Part shown: piece after piece, positions 48,773 to 56,979 of the stretch | How positions within the stretch are numbered: position 1 is the stretch's first letter | Layout of the letters: the number at the start of each line of letters is the position of its first letter | IMG/VR virus record: IMGVR_UViG_2974679032_000001 | Span: 8,218 to 72,217 of that record | DNA: 64,000 bases | Source of the DNA: a virus | Taxonomy: Duplodnaviria > Caudoviricetes | Direction: 5' to 3' (one strand) | The notes under the pieces: generated by a model | The model's database searches: none | Seen by the model: only the letters and a program-made list of their open reading frames with translations | Told to the model about the DNA's origin: nothing | Program-made: the position numbers and the translations under genes

Positions 48773-49170
48773 CGCGGGCCGGGAGCCGCGCCGGAGCCAG
48801 CGTGGGGCGCGCACGGCCAGGGCGCGATCAACACCCCGCCGAGGTCGTAGCACCCGGCTGGCTTGCCCTCGGGGTTGTTCGGGCCGCAGACCCGGTTGCC
48901 GTCATCCACGCACGACCAGCCCGGCTCGTCCTCCTCGCTCGGCCCGAGCATGAGGTCGCTCAGGCTCTTGGGCTGCCAGCTCGGGGCCGGGTGGGTGAGC
49001 GCGCTGGCCAGCACCAGCGGATCGACCGAGGTGCCCTGGCTGGGCGCGCTGGCGGCGGGGATGGCCGGGGGCAGCTTGTCCGGCGTGATCATCGCGCCGA
49101 CGGGGATGCCGACGGCGAGGCCGATGAACAGGCCGGTGGCTCCGGCGATATGGCGGGCGTCGATTCTCAT
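48769..49170 (-). CDS. membrane-anchored/exported Cys-containing protein
   Basis: N-terminal TM; 'WSCVDDGNRVCGP'; CAGGAGG RBS. Confidence 0.7.
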   Translation of the reverse strand: MRIDARHIAGATGLFIGLAVGIPVGAMITPDKLPPAIPAASAPSQGTSVDPLVLASALTHPAPSWQPKSLSDLMLGPSEEDEPGWSCVDDGNRVCGPNNPEGKPAGCYDLGGVLIAPWPCAPHAGSGAAPGPR

Positions 49171-49250
49171 GGATTCCTCCTGGTAGTCCCGGCGGGGCTA
49201 TCCCGTCGCGGGTTAGTTCGGTTATATCAGCCGAGCCTAGCGCAGCGCAC

Positions 49251-49571
49251 TCAATTCCCCGAGTTCGTCTGGGAAGTGCCGCACCGCATCGTCTGGCGCT
49301 CGCCACGGCTGGCCATCCGCTGGCCCCGGTCGGCGCGGTACATGGCCTCCACAGCCGCCGCGATCCTGGGCGGGAGGCTGGCGCGCAGCGGTGCGTAGGC
49401 CCCGCGCTGGGTCAGCTCGTCGGCGATGGCCGAGATGCCGCCGTAATGCCGGTGGGCCTGGGCGGGGTTAGCCACCACGAACCCGAGGGTGAAGATCAGG
49501 GTGGCGGTGGGCACGTCGGCGATGGGGGTATTGCCGGGGTCCGCCTGGGCGGCGGGGAGGTTGTGGGTCAT
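49251..49571 (-). CDS. hypothetical protein
   Basis: ORF track; TAGGCT 8 nt before ATG. Confidence 0.6.
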   Translation of the reverse strand: MTHNLPAAQADPGNTPIADVPTATLIFTLGFVVANPAQAHRHYGGISAIADELTQRGAYAPLRASLPPRIAAAVEAMYRADRGQRMASRGERQTMRCGTSQTNSGN

Positions 49572-49624
49572 GCGCGGAGAGCCTACTCCTGCCCGACTTG
49601 GGAGGGCACCGGCTCGCGCGCGCG

Positions 49625-49647
49625 CGCGATTTTAGCAGACTCGCCCC
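49625..49647 (+). repeat. 23-bp element A, copy 1 (CGCGATTTTAGCAGACTCGCCCC)
   Basis: Exact second copy at 50953-50975. Confidence 0.9.
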
Positions 49648-49781
49648 GAGATGGTCAATATGATCTTCATCATGTTTGTGGATTAGGTTGATAGGTATAG
49701 GCTCGCCGTGCTTCGCCAGTTAGCGAGGCGAGCGACTCCCTAAATCTTCCCCTTGCTTGGCGCTATCGCTGGCGCTATCCT

Positions 49782-49801
49782 CGCGCGCGCGCGCGCGCGC
49801 G
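49782..49801. repeat. (CG)10 tract; second (CG)7 tract at 49615-49628
   Basis: Read directly. Confidence 0.95.
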
Positions 49802-49871
49802 GGCGAGGCCATGAGCACGTCGAGCGCCAGGGCCTCGATAGCGGGACAGTGCTCGCCCCTTCCAGGCTCGC

Positions 49872-49889
49872 CCTCCCGGCATCAGTGCC
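49872..49889 (+). repeat. 18-bp element B, copy 1 (CCTCCCGGCATCAGTGCC)
   Basis: Exact second copy at 51130-51147. Confidence 0.9.
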
Positions 49890-49919
49890 AGCGCGGGTTA
49901 GCTAGGTTAGGATCGCCGG

Positions 49920-50672
49920 ATGACCACAACCAAGGGCCGCAAGGCCACCCGCAAGGCTCCAGAAGATGCCCGCGACGAGACGCTGGCTCAGTTCGCCAAG
50001 ATGGTCGATGACCACCACGGCTCGGCGGTCGGGTTCGACCGGCTCGTCAAGGAGCTGGCCCGCGCCCGCGCCCAGATCGCTCAGGTCAAGGCTGCGCGCG
50101 ACGAGGTGTTCAGCGTCGTCAAGGCCAGGTTCGAGGAGGGCCACCGGATCGCTGGCCCTGGCGTGGAGCTGCGGCTCACTGCCGCTGGCGAGGCCAAGAT
50201 CGAGCGCGCCGTAGAGAGCGCGGCGGTGAAGAAGCACAACCCGGCGGCGTGGCGGCGGGCGCAAGCCGATGTCCCATACGTCCAGGTGAAGGCCCCGGCG
50301 GCGGCGAAGCTGGCCATCGAGCTGATCCCGACGCCGACGGTCAACGAGGACTGGCCGGTGGAGAAGGCGGTGGAGGTGTATCAGCACGATCCCGCCTGGG
50401 TCCGGCTCAAGGAGCTGCGCGAGATCGAGGAGGAGACCCTCGCCAAGCTCGACAAGCTCGCCGCCGACTTCGGCTGGGACGGCCACCCCATCACGTTCTC
50501 CGATGGCTGGTCAATTGGCTTGCGCCGCAAGCAATTCAGCGCGGCTAAGCTCGCCGAGCTGGAGCCGGAGGTGTTCGAGGCGCTGGCTGTGAGCAAGGTG
50601 AGGCAGGCGACACCCCGCGTGTATGTGGCCTCTACCAGCGCCGATGGTGCCACCGACGCCATCGCTGACTAA
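49920..50672 (+). CDS. coiled-coil hypothetical protein, paralogue A1
   Basis: Shares 'MTTTK', 'DETLA.F', 'PYVQVK' and 'GWDG.P.TF.DGW..GLRRK' with 51179-51955. Confidence 0.8.
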   Translation: MTTTKGRKATRKAPEDARDETLAQFAKMVDDHHGSAVGFDRLVKELARARAQIAQVKAARDEVFSVVKARFEEGHRIAGPGVELRLTAAGEAKIERAVESAAVKKHNPAAWRRAQADVPYVQVKAPAAAKLAIELIPTPTVNEDWPVEKAVEVYQHDPAWVRLKELREIEEETLAKLDKLAADFGWDGHPITFSDGWSIGLRRKQFSAAKLAELEPEVFEALAVSKVRQATPRVYVASTSADGATDAIAD

Positions 50673-50693
50673 CCCAGGGTTAGGATGCTAACC

Positions 50694-50936
50694 ATGAGCC
50701 TCCCCCGCGTCATCCGCCCGAGCGGCGCTCATGCGCCCGAGCCGCCCATCCTGGTGCCCATCAAGATGCGCCCTGACCTGCGGCGACGGTTCCGCGTGCG
50801 CGCCGTCCAGGCCGACATGACCTACGCCCAGCTCATCGAGCACTGGCTCGACGCCGAGGACCGGCGCGAGGCCAGGGCGGCGGCGCGCCAGGCCCATCCG
50901 CTCCATCGCCCAGCGCCCGAGGCGGCGACATCGTGA
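50694..50936 (+). CDS. ribbon-helix-helix DNA-binding protein, paralogue B1
   Basis: 'LVPIKMRPDLRRRFRVRAVQADMTYAQLIEHWLD'. Confidence 0.75.
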   Translation: MSLPRVIRPSGAHAPEPPILVPIKMRPDLRRRFRVRAVQADMTYAQLIEHWLDAEDRREARAAARQAHPLHRPAPEAATS

Positions 50937-50952
50937 ACCCGATGCACCCGCC

Positions 50953-50975
50953 CGCGATTTTAGCAGACTCGCCCC
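50953..50975 (+). repeat. 23-bp element A, copy 2
   Basis: Identical to 49625-49647. Confidence 0.9.
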
Positions 50976-51129
50976 TGACAAGTCAAATGTTGATTTCCTT
51001 GACGGGGAGGTTAGGATCGGCCTCATCCAGGCCGACCTAATCCGGCTCCGCCTGCCTCCCACGATGAGATGGTCGAGGACATCACCAACGGCGAAGATAA
51101 TGGGATCAGGCGCGCCCGAAACTCGCGCG

Positions 51130-51147
51130 CCTCCCGGCATCAGTGCC
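51130..51147 (+). repeat. 18-bp element B, copy 2
   Basis: Identical to 49872-49889. Confidence 0.9.
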
Positions 51148-51178
51148 TCCGGTAGGGTTAGCGAGCTATCCTGGCCGG

Positions 51179-51955
51179 ATGACCACGACCAAGCGCAAGG
51201 GCGTAGGCCCTACCAAGAAGGCTCGCCGAGCCACCGAGACCGTCTACGACGAGACGCTGGCTGAGTTCAGCCGCGCGCTCGATTCCCACCTCCATCGCCC
51301 CGCCGGGTTCGCCGAGGCGGTGCTGGAGCTGCACCGGATCAGGCGCACCAGAGCGATCCTGCGGGAGCGGCGGAGCGAGATATTCAGCAGGCTGCGAGAG
51401 CACGCCGAGCGCGGCAACACGTTCGTCAGGATCAGCGACACCGAGGCGTATGAGCTGCGGCGCACCACCCCGGCTGCGCAGACGGTGACCAAGACGGTGA
51501 CGAGCGCGGCGGCGGTGAAGGCGGGCGCTGGCCTCTGGGAGGCGGCGAGGGTGATCACCCCATACGTCCAGGTCAAGTCGCCGGTTGGGGCCGTGCCTGA
51601 TCTCCCGCTCCCGGCGATGCCAGAGGTGCCGCCCTCGGGCGTGAGCCTGGCCGGGGCGGTGGCGGCGTATCGCTCGGTGCCCAAGGACGCGGAGCTGCGG
51701 AACCAGGAGGAGGAGATCATCACCGCCCTGGAGAAGATCGCCGCCGACGCCGGGTGGGATGGCGAGCCGGTCACGTTCGGCGATGGCTGGGTGGTCGGCC
51801 TGCGGCGCAAGGAGTACAGCTCCGACCAGCTCAAGGCCAACGATCCGGCCGCGTGGGATGCGCTGGCCACCCCGGTGATCAAGGGCGGGCACTCTCGGCT
51901 CTACCTGGCCAAGGTCAACGCGGCCGGGGAGGCGTCCGAGGAGTGGGCTGACTGA
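51179..51955 (+). CDS. coiled-coil hypothetical protein, paralogue A2
   Basis: Paralogue of 49920-50672. Confidence 0.8.
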   Translation: MTTTKRKGVGPTKKARRATETVYDETLAEFSRALDSHLHRPAGFAEAVLELHRIRRTRAILRERRSEIFSRLREHAERGNTFVRISDTEAYELRRTTPAAQTVTKTVTSAAAVKAGAGLWEAARVITPYVQVKSPVGAVPDLPLPAMPEVPPSGVSLAGAVAAYRSVPKDAELRNQEEEIITALEKIAADAGWDGEPVTFGDGWVVGLRRKEYSSDQLKANDPAAWDALATPVIKGGHSRLYLAKVNAAGEASEEWAD

Positions 51956-51971
51956 GGTTATATTTGTAATC

Positions 51972-52205
51972 ATGGCTAACCCATCCCGCCCCGCGCGCGG
52001 CACCGTGGTGATCGGCTCGACGGCCACACCGACGGTGCTGCTCCCCGTCAAAGTGCCGCCTGACCTGCGGCAACGCTTCAAGGTCGCAGCTGCCGAGGAG
52101 GGCACCACCTACGCGGGCCTGATCGAGCTGTGGCTGGATGAGCGTGACCGCAAGCGCCAGCGAGCGGCGGCGCGCCAGGCCCATCCACTCCACCAGCCCG
52201 CGTGA
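51972..52205 (+). CDS. ribbon-helix-helix DNA-binding protein, paralogue B2
   Basis: 'LLPVKVPPDLRQRFKVAAAEEGTTYAGLIELWLD'; both copies carry 'AARQAHPLH' near the C-terminus. Confidence 0.75.
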   Translation: MANPSRPARGTVVIGSTATPTVLLPVKVPPDLRQRFKVAAAEEGTTYAGLIELWLDERDRKRQRAAARQAHPLHQPA

Positions 52206-52380
52206 ACGCGCCCGCTCGCTTCACATGGAAGGGCCTGCCCGTCGAGTGCGGTCAAGGCTGTGGCGCTCATGGCGTGCCGGTGGCCACCGAGGACGGCTGG
52301 CGGCTGCCGGTCCACTCGATGCAGCTGCCGACCGGCGAGCGCGTCCACTGCCCTGGATCGCTGCGGGCGGTCGAGCCGTG

Positions 52381-52593
52381 ATGGGTATCCAGGAGATGCA
52401 CGACGACGAGGTGCGCGCCCGGCTGGGCCTTGCTCCGGTGGATCGCCCGGCCACCATCGAGGAGCGCATCGAGGCCAACATGGTGCGGGCGATGCCCGAG
52501 CCTTACGACGTGGAGGACCATCCGAGATGCACATGTCGCGACTCCGACGTGGGCTGGATGGATTGCCCGGTCCACCCCGAGCCGTGCCGATAG
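52381..52593 (+). CDS. hypothetical protein with CxC...C motif
   Basis: MGIQEMHDD...CTCRD...CPVH. Confidence 0.55.
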   Translation: MGIQEMHDDEVRARLGLAPVDRPATIEERIEANMVRAMPEPYDVEDHPRCTCRDSDVGWMDCPVHPEPCR

Positions 52594-52600
52594 GAGGCCG

Positions 52601-52744
52601 ATGGACATCCCCGAGGGCCTGAGCGCCCCAGCCGAGCGGCTCCACCGCGCGCTGCTCGCCGCTGAGCGGTGCTCGACTGAGTACCAGCAATACGCCGACG
52701 CCGCCGCGGTGCGCGCAGCTCAAGAGCTTCTGGAGGCCCAGTGA
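52601..52744 (+). CDS. hypothetical protein
   Basis: AGGAGG RBS; stop overlaps next start. Confidence 0.55.
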   Translation: MDIPEGLSAPAERLHRALLAAERCSTEYQQYADAAAVRAAQELLEAQ

Positions 52745-53451
52745 CCGCCGCGATGGCCGAGCCGCCCGACGACATGGACGGCCAGCTCTCCGAGATGCTC
52801 AAGAGCGAGCTGATCGAGCGCCGAGCCAAGGTGATGTTTCTGCGCAACGCCGGGGCCACCTGGCAGGCCATCGCCAAGGAGTGCGGGGTCAGCGAGGCGA
52901 CGTGCCGCAAGGACTACCAGGTGGTCTGCCGCGACATCAACAACGAGCAGCCCGCCAACATCGTGGCGCGGCACCGCGCGGTCATCTTCGACATCCAGCG
53001 CGCCAACTACGCGGCGATGATGAAGGGCAACGTCAAGGCGGCGACGGTGATCCTGCGCGCGCTGGATCGAGAGTCCCGCCTGCTCGGCCTCGATGCGCCC
53101 ACGCGCATCCTGGCCGGGGTATCCGACGTGGAGTTCGCCAACGAGGCGGCTCGCCTGATCGAACGCATCCAGTCCCTCGACCCCACAACCCTCAAGGAGC
53201 TAGAACGTGGCCACTCCATCATCGACGCCGAGGCCGATTTCGTCCGTGACGAGCCAAACCAGTCACCTGACCGCGAGCCTGCGCCTGGCGCTGGACAAGC
53301 TCAGTCGGATGGGCCTACGCCCGAGCCGGGGCCGGGGCCTGATGCCGCCGACAGCTCCCGAGCCGACGCGGCCGGGCACGCCGGAGAGCCTCAAGCGCGC
53401 GCTGGCGACCCCGAGCCAGACGACGACGACGATGACTGGTCCAACATCTGA
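52741..53451 (+). CDS. HTH DNA-binding protein, terminase small subunit-like
   Basis: 'LRNAGATWQAIAKECGVS' HTH and 'RLLGLDAP' motif; acidic tail. Confidence 0.6.
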   Translation: MTAAMAEPPDDMDGQLSEMLKSELIERRAKVMFLRNAGATWQAIAKECGVSEATCRKDYQVVCRDINNEQPANIVARHRAVIFDIQRANYAAMMKGNVKAATVILRALDRESRLLGLDAPTRILAGVSDVEFANEAARLIERIQSLDPTTLKELERGHSIIDAEADFVRDEPNQSPDREPAPGAGQAQSDGPTPEPGPGPDAADSSRADAAGHAGEPQARAGDPEPDDDDDDWSNI

Positions 53452-53947
53452 GCCGACCCACACCTGTGACCTGGTGGAGCGCCATCGGGTGACGTTCCCG
53501 GTGGGCGCTCACCCCGACAACGTGGCCGAGGCGCGCAAGGTCGCCGAGGCGTGGGCCGAGCGCGAGGGCATGGAGATCGGGGCCGGGAGCTTCTCGGTGA
53601 TCGCCTCGACCAATGGCCTACCGCTGGCCGGGCAGGGCGGCTGGCTGGGCGTGGCGTTCGAGGTCACCGTGGGCAAGGGCGACATCGACCTGGCCGACCC
53701 CGAGGCCGACTCCTGGACCTGGAGCGCGCGGATGCACCACTGGCGTCGGTTCCTGAGCGGCACCGCTCGCTCCGGCCGCAAGATCGCCGCCCGCGAGGAC
53801 GGCAAGGCCAGCGTCACCCGCATCCACGCCAGAGACGGCGGCTCCGGCCGCTCAGGGGTGGCCACCGGCCTGGAGCCGGGCTGCACATGCCACCTCGGCG
53901 GGCCATTCGTGGACATCTGCCCCATCCACTTCGAGGCCGACCGATGA
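53432..53947 (+). CDS. hypothetical protein
   Basis: Codon bias; C-terminal CxC..C. Confidence 0.65.
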   Translation: MTGPTSEPTHTCDLVERHRVTFPVGAHPDNVAEARKVAEAWAEREGMEIGAGSFSVIASTNGLPLAGQGGWLGVAFEVTVGKGDIDLADPEADSWTWSARMHHWRRFLSGTARSGRKIAAREDGKASVTRIHARDGGSGRSGVATGLEPGCTCHLGGPFVDICPIHFEADR

Positions 53948-54141
53948 GCGGCCAGGAGATCGAGCGCGCCAGCCTGACCGGCGAGGTGCTCCCGCCAGCT
54001 GCCGCGCCCGAGCCAGCGCCGGAGGGCACCGAGGTGCGCCTGAGCATCCGCCGCCATCGGTGCGGCGAGTGCTACCGGCTGATCACGACACCGGGCGATC
54101 ACCGCGATGGGTGCAGCCACATCCCTCCGGCCGTCAGCTAG
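53944..54141 (+). CDS. small zinc-finger-like protein
   Basis: 'CGEC...H...C'. Confidence 0.6.
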   Translation: MSGQEIERASLTGEVLPPAAAPEPAPEGTEVRLSIRRHRCGECYRLITTPGDHRDGCSHIPPAVS

Positions 54142-54150
54142 CCTGGCGTC

Positions 54151-54426
54151 GTGGTGCCCACCGATCTCGCCCGCCTGGCCAGCGCCCGGCTGCCCGACTC
54201 CGACGCCGCGCTGATGAGCGTGGCCCAGGAGGGCGTTCGCCTGGCCGACATGCTGCCCGGCCAGAAGGCGGCGGTGGCCACCTGGCTGCGCAACGAGGCG
54301 GGCAAGCTCTACTGGCGCGCCCAGGGCGATCTGAGCCATGATCCCGAGCGCGCTGAGCGGGCGCTGGGGATGCGCAACCAGATGATCGCCAAGGCCGTCG
54401 AGATCGAGGAGGGCCTGGCCCGATGA
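54151..54426 (+). CDS. hypothetical protein
   Basis: ORF track; TAGCCT 6 nt upstream. Confidence 0.65.
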   Translation: MVPTDLARLASARLPDSDAALMSVAQEGVRLADMLPGQKAAVATWLRNEAGKLYWRAQGDLSHDPERAERALGMRNQMIAKAVEIEEGLAR

Positions 54427-54524
54427 CCCCCGAGCTGCGCGCGGTCCTGGTCACCCTGGCCATCCTCGCCGGGCTGGCGCTCATCGCGTTCGGCACCTAC
54501 ACCAGCCTGGGAGGGTTCCAGTGA
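54423..54524 (+). CDS. 33-aa single-TM peptide
   Basis: MTPELRAVLVTLAILAGLALIAFGTYTSLGGFQ; 4-nt overlaps at both ends. Confidence 0.6.
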   Translation: MTPELRAVLVTLAILAGLALIAFGTYTSLGGFQ

Positions 54525-55252
54525 CCAAGGCCACCGGGCGGCTGCTCCACCACGATCCGGCCAGCCGCGCCTACGCCGCCCCGCGCCGGACGCTCAAGCG
54601 CGCCAGCTGGCGGCACGACATGGGTCCGGTGCTCGACCAGGCCGACATCAACGGCTGCACCGGCTGGTCCGGCGCGGACTGGATGAACAGCGCCAAGGGC
54701 ATCGAGGGCCGCAAGCGATGGAACTTCCACCACGGCAAGAGCCGCCTGATCGAGATGCGCCGCTACGTCGGCGACGACGCCGGGCTGGAACTCTACAAGC
54801 TCGCCACCCGCAACGATCCGTTCGACTTCACCTACCCGCCCACCGACGGCGGCTCCTCGGGCCTGGGTGTGGCCAAGGCGCTCAAGAGCCTCGGGGTGAT
54901 CGACGCCTACCTGTGGACGTTCGACTTCGAGCAGATGCTCGCCCACGGCCAGGCCCAGCCGGTGCTGCTGGGCACGCTGTGGACCGACGCCATGAGCGAC
55001 CCCGACTCCAAGGGCCTGATCCGCATCGGCTCAGCGCGCCAGATCAAGGCGGCGGAGGACTCGGGCATGGGCCACGAGTACACGCTGCGCGGGGTCAACT
55101 GGCCGCGCAAGCTCGCGCGCATCCGCAATCACTGGACCTCGGCCTGGGGCGATGACGGCGAGGCCGACATCCCGCTGGACGACCTGGAGACCCTGATCAT
55201 CGCCAAGCAAGGCGACGTGATGGTGCCCGAGGTGAGCGCGGTGGCGGCATGA
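54521..55252 (+). CDS. papain-like (C1-family) cysteine peptidase
   Basis: 'LDQ..INGCTG' (Q/C), 'GHEY' (H) and 'RNHW...WG..G' (N). Confidence 0.72.
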   Translation: MTKATGRLLHHDPASRAYAAPRRTLKRASWRHDMGPVLDQADINGCTGWSGADWMNSAKGIEGRKRWNFHHGKSRLIEMRRYVGDDAGLELYKLATRNDPFDFTYPPTDGGSSGLGVAKALKSLGVIDAYLWTFDFEQMLAHGQAQPVLLGTLWTDAMSDPDSKGLIRIGSARQIKAAEDSGMGHEYTLRGVNWPRKLARIRNHWTSAWGDDGEADIPLDDLETLIIAKQGDVMVPEVSAVAA

Positions 55253-55356
55253 GCATCGGGCGCTGGGTCGCTGTGGCCGGGTCGGCGATGATCGTCACCG
55301 TGTCCGGCGCGCTCTGGCTGGCCGACAAGCTCGACGTGTGGATGCTCCTGTCGTGA
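55249..55356 (+). CDS. 35-aa single-TM peptide
   Basis: MSIGRWVAVAGSAMIVTVSGALWLADKLDVWMLLS; overlaps both neighbours. Confidence 0.55.
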   Translation: MSIGRWVAVAGSAMIVTVSGALWLADKLDVWMLLS

Positions 55357-55904
55357 GCGTCGAGCTGGGCGAGGACGACTACCGGCCAGACGAGCTGCTG
55401 GTCCCGGCGCTGCTGGCCGGCTCGCCGACCACGATGGCCGATCTGTGCCCGGCCGACCGCGCCTGGGCGGTGGCCTCGATGAAGCTGGAGGGGCTGACCG
55501 CCGAGGAGATCAGAGAGCGCCTGGAGTGCTCGCTGCGCCTGGTGCGATCCATCGCCGCCGACCCTGGGGCGATCTTCGCCCGGCTCTACCTCATCGAGCG
55601 CGAGGCGTTCGCCGACACCCTGCGGATGCTCCAGGCCGAGGTGGCTCGCCTGGACCGCGAGCGTGCCGAGGAGGCCAGCGCCGCCGCGCGCTACAAGCGC
55701 CAGCTCGACGGGATGATCGACCGGATGATGACCGGCGAGGCCGGGCCAGCCTTCCCCAAGTGCGGCCACCCCAAGACCCGGTACAACACCTACGTCGCGC
55801 CCAAGACCGGCAAGGAGAGTTGCCGGATGTGCCACGCCGACGCTCAGCGCCGCTACGAGGAGCGCAAGGCGGCGCGCGCTGGCCAGGAGTCGAGCGCAGC
55901 CTAA
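55353..55904 (+). CDS. HTH + coiled coil + C-terminal zinc finger protein
   Basis: 'GLTAEEIRERLECSLRLVRSI' and 'CGH....NTY...CRMC'. Confidence 0.7.
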   Translation: MSVELGEDDYRPDELLVPALLAGSPTTMADLCPADRAWAVASMKLEGLTAEEIRERLECSLRLVRSIAADPGAIFARLYLIEREAFADTLRMLQAEVARLDRERAEEASAAARYKRQLDGMIDRMMTGEAGPAFPKCGHPKTRYNTYVAPKTGKESCRMCHADAQRRYEERKAARAGQESSAA

Positions 55905-55921
55905 GCGGGTAGCCTCCAGGT

Positions 55922-56242
55922 ATGGCACGCAGAGGCCCAGCCAGCGCCCGTCGGGGATCGCGCCGCTCGATGGCTCGCTCGGCTCCCAAGATCGCACGTC
56001 GGCGCGGCACCGCGGTGGCGATGTCCAACCAGACCGGCGGCATCGGGCAGTTCAGCCGCCGGGGCGGGCACGGCACCTACCACGGTTTCAAGTCCAAGAA
56101 GCAGTGGCGCTGGGCGTTCGCCTCCAAACAGCCCTGGGCGCATGAGAAGGCTCACCGCACCAAGGGCGGTCCCAAGGTGCGCTACCGGCGGCTCCCGGCC
56201 TCCAAGCACTCCGGCCACAAGGGCAGCCGGGTTCCGAGCTAG
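55922..56242 (+). CDS. highly basic small protein
   Basis: Arg/Lys-rich; 'FKSKKQWRWAFA'; TAGCCT 6 nt upstream. Confidence 0.65.
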   Translation: MARRGPASARRGSRRSMARSAPKIARRRGTAVAMSNQTGGIGQFSRRGGHGTYHGFKSKKQWRWAFASKQPWAHEKAHRTKGGPKVRYRRLPASKHSGHKGSRVPS

Positions 56243-56403
56243 CTCTCGTCGCGCTCCAGCCATCCGCTCCATCGCTGGCCCTGGAGCCAGATCGATGCAC
56301 GTCGGCGACCATCGCTGGTGACCTGGCCCAGGTGGACCTCGTACTCGGGATTGACCTCATGGTCAGCCAGCGCCGCCCTGGGCGTCGGTTCGTCGTTCCA
56401 CAT
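56239..56403 (-). CDS. hypothetical protein (54 aa)
   Basis: MWNDEPTPRAALADHEVNPEYEVH... translated by hand. Confidence 0.5.
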   Translation of the reverse strand: MWNDEPTPRAALADHEVNPEYEVHLGQVTSDGRRRASIWLQGQRWSGWLERDES

Positions 56404-56405
56404 AC

Positions 56406-56600
56406 TTAGACCGCCTTGGTTATCAGGCGGTCATCAGAGTTGCCCGCCTTGGTCGGGAGACACTCGCGGCACCTGTAGAGATCGAGGAGCCAGCGCATGT
56501 CGTGCCGGTATCGGAGCTTGCCGCAGCCCAGGCACAGATCGGCCTGACCAGCAGCGGCGGCGTCGGTGCCCGCCTCCAGGACGTAATCATGCCCAGCCAT
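56406..56600 (-). CDS. small CxxC..CxxC protein
   Basis: 'CLGC...CREC'. Confidence 0.55.
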   Translation of the reverse strand: MAGHDYVLEAGTDAAAAGQADLCLGCGKLRYRHDMRWLLDLYRCRECLPTKAGNSDDRLITKAV

Positions 56601-56979
56601 CGAGGGCCTCCGCCGCCCCGGTCGGGCACTCGCCGATGTGCCCGGCGCGCCGGGATGCCCAGAACTCCACCCCACAGCTCTTGCACATGCCCTCGGCGTC
56701 GTAGGGGTCAGCCAGCGCGGCCAGCTCGGCGCGCACCCGAGCGCCCTCTCGATGCGAGCACGTCGGGCAATGGGGCCGGATGTTGGAGCGGATGTAGCGC
56801 CCGCCCTGGTGGGCCGGGATGATCCGGTCAACGTGGAGGGTCCGGTCGTTGACCATCGCCCCGCACTCCCAGCACGGCACCTTCTCGCCATCCCCACCCC
56901 AGCCCGAGATGGGCGAGAGCAGCCAGGCCCGGCGCGCCCGCCGGTCATAGCTGGAACCGCGCTGGTTCCCGTTGGGCAT
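56587..56979 (-). CDS. HNH endonuclease
   Basis: 'CWECG...LHVDRIIP...GGRY...NIRPHCPTC'. Confidence 0.8.
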   Translation of the reverse strand: MPNGNQRGSSYDRRARRAWLLSPISGWGGDGEKVPCWECGAMVNDRTLHVDRIIPAHQGGRYIRSNIRPHCPTCSHREGARVRAELAALADPYDAEGMCKSCGVEFWASRRAGHIGECPTGAAEALDGWA

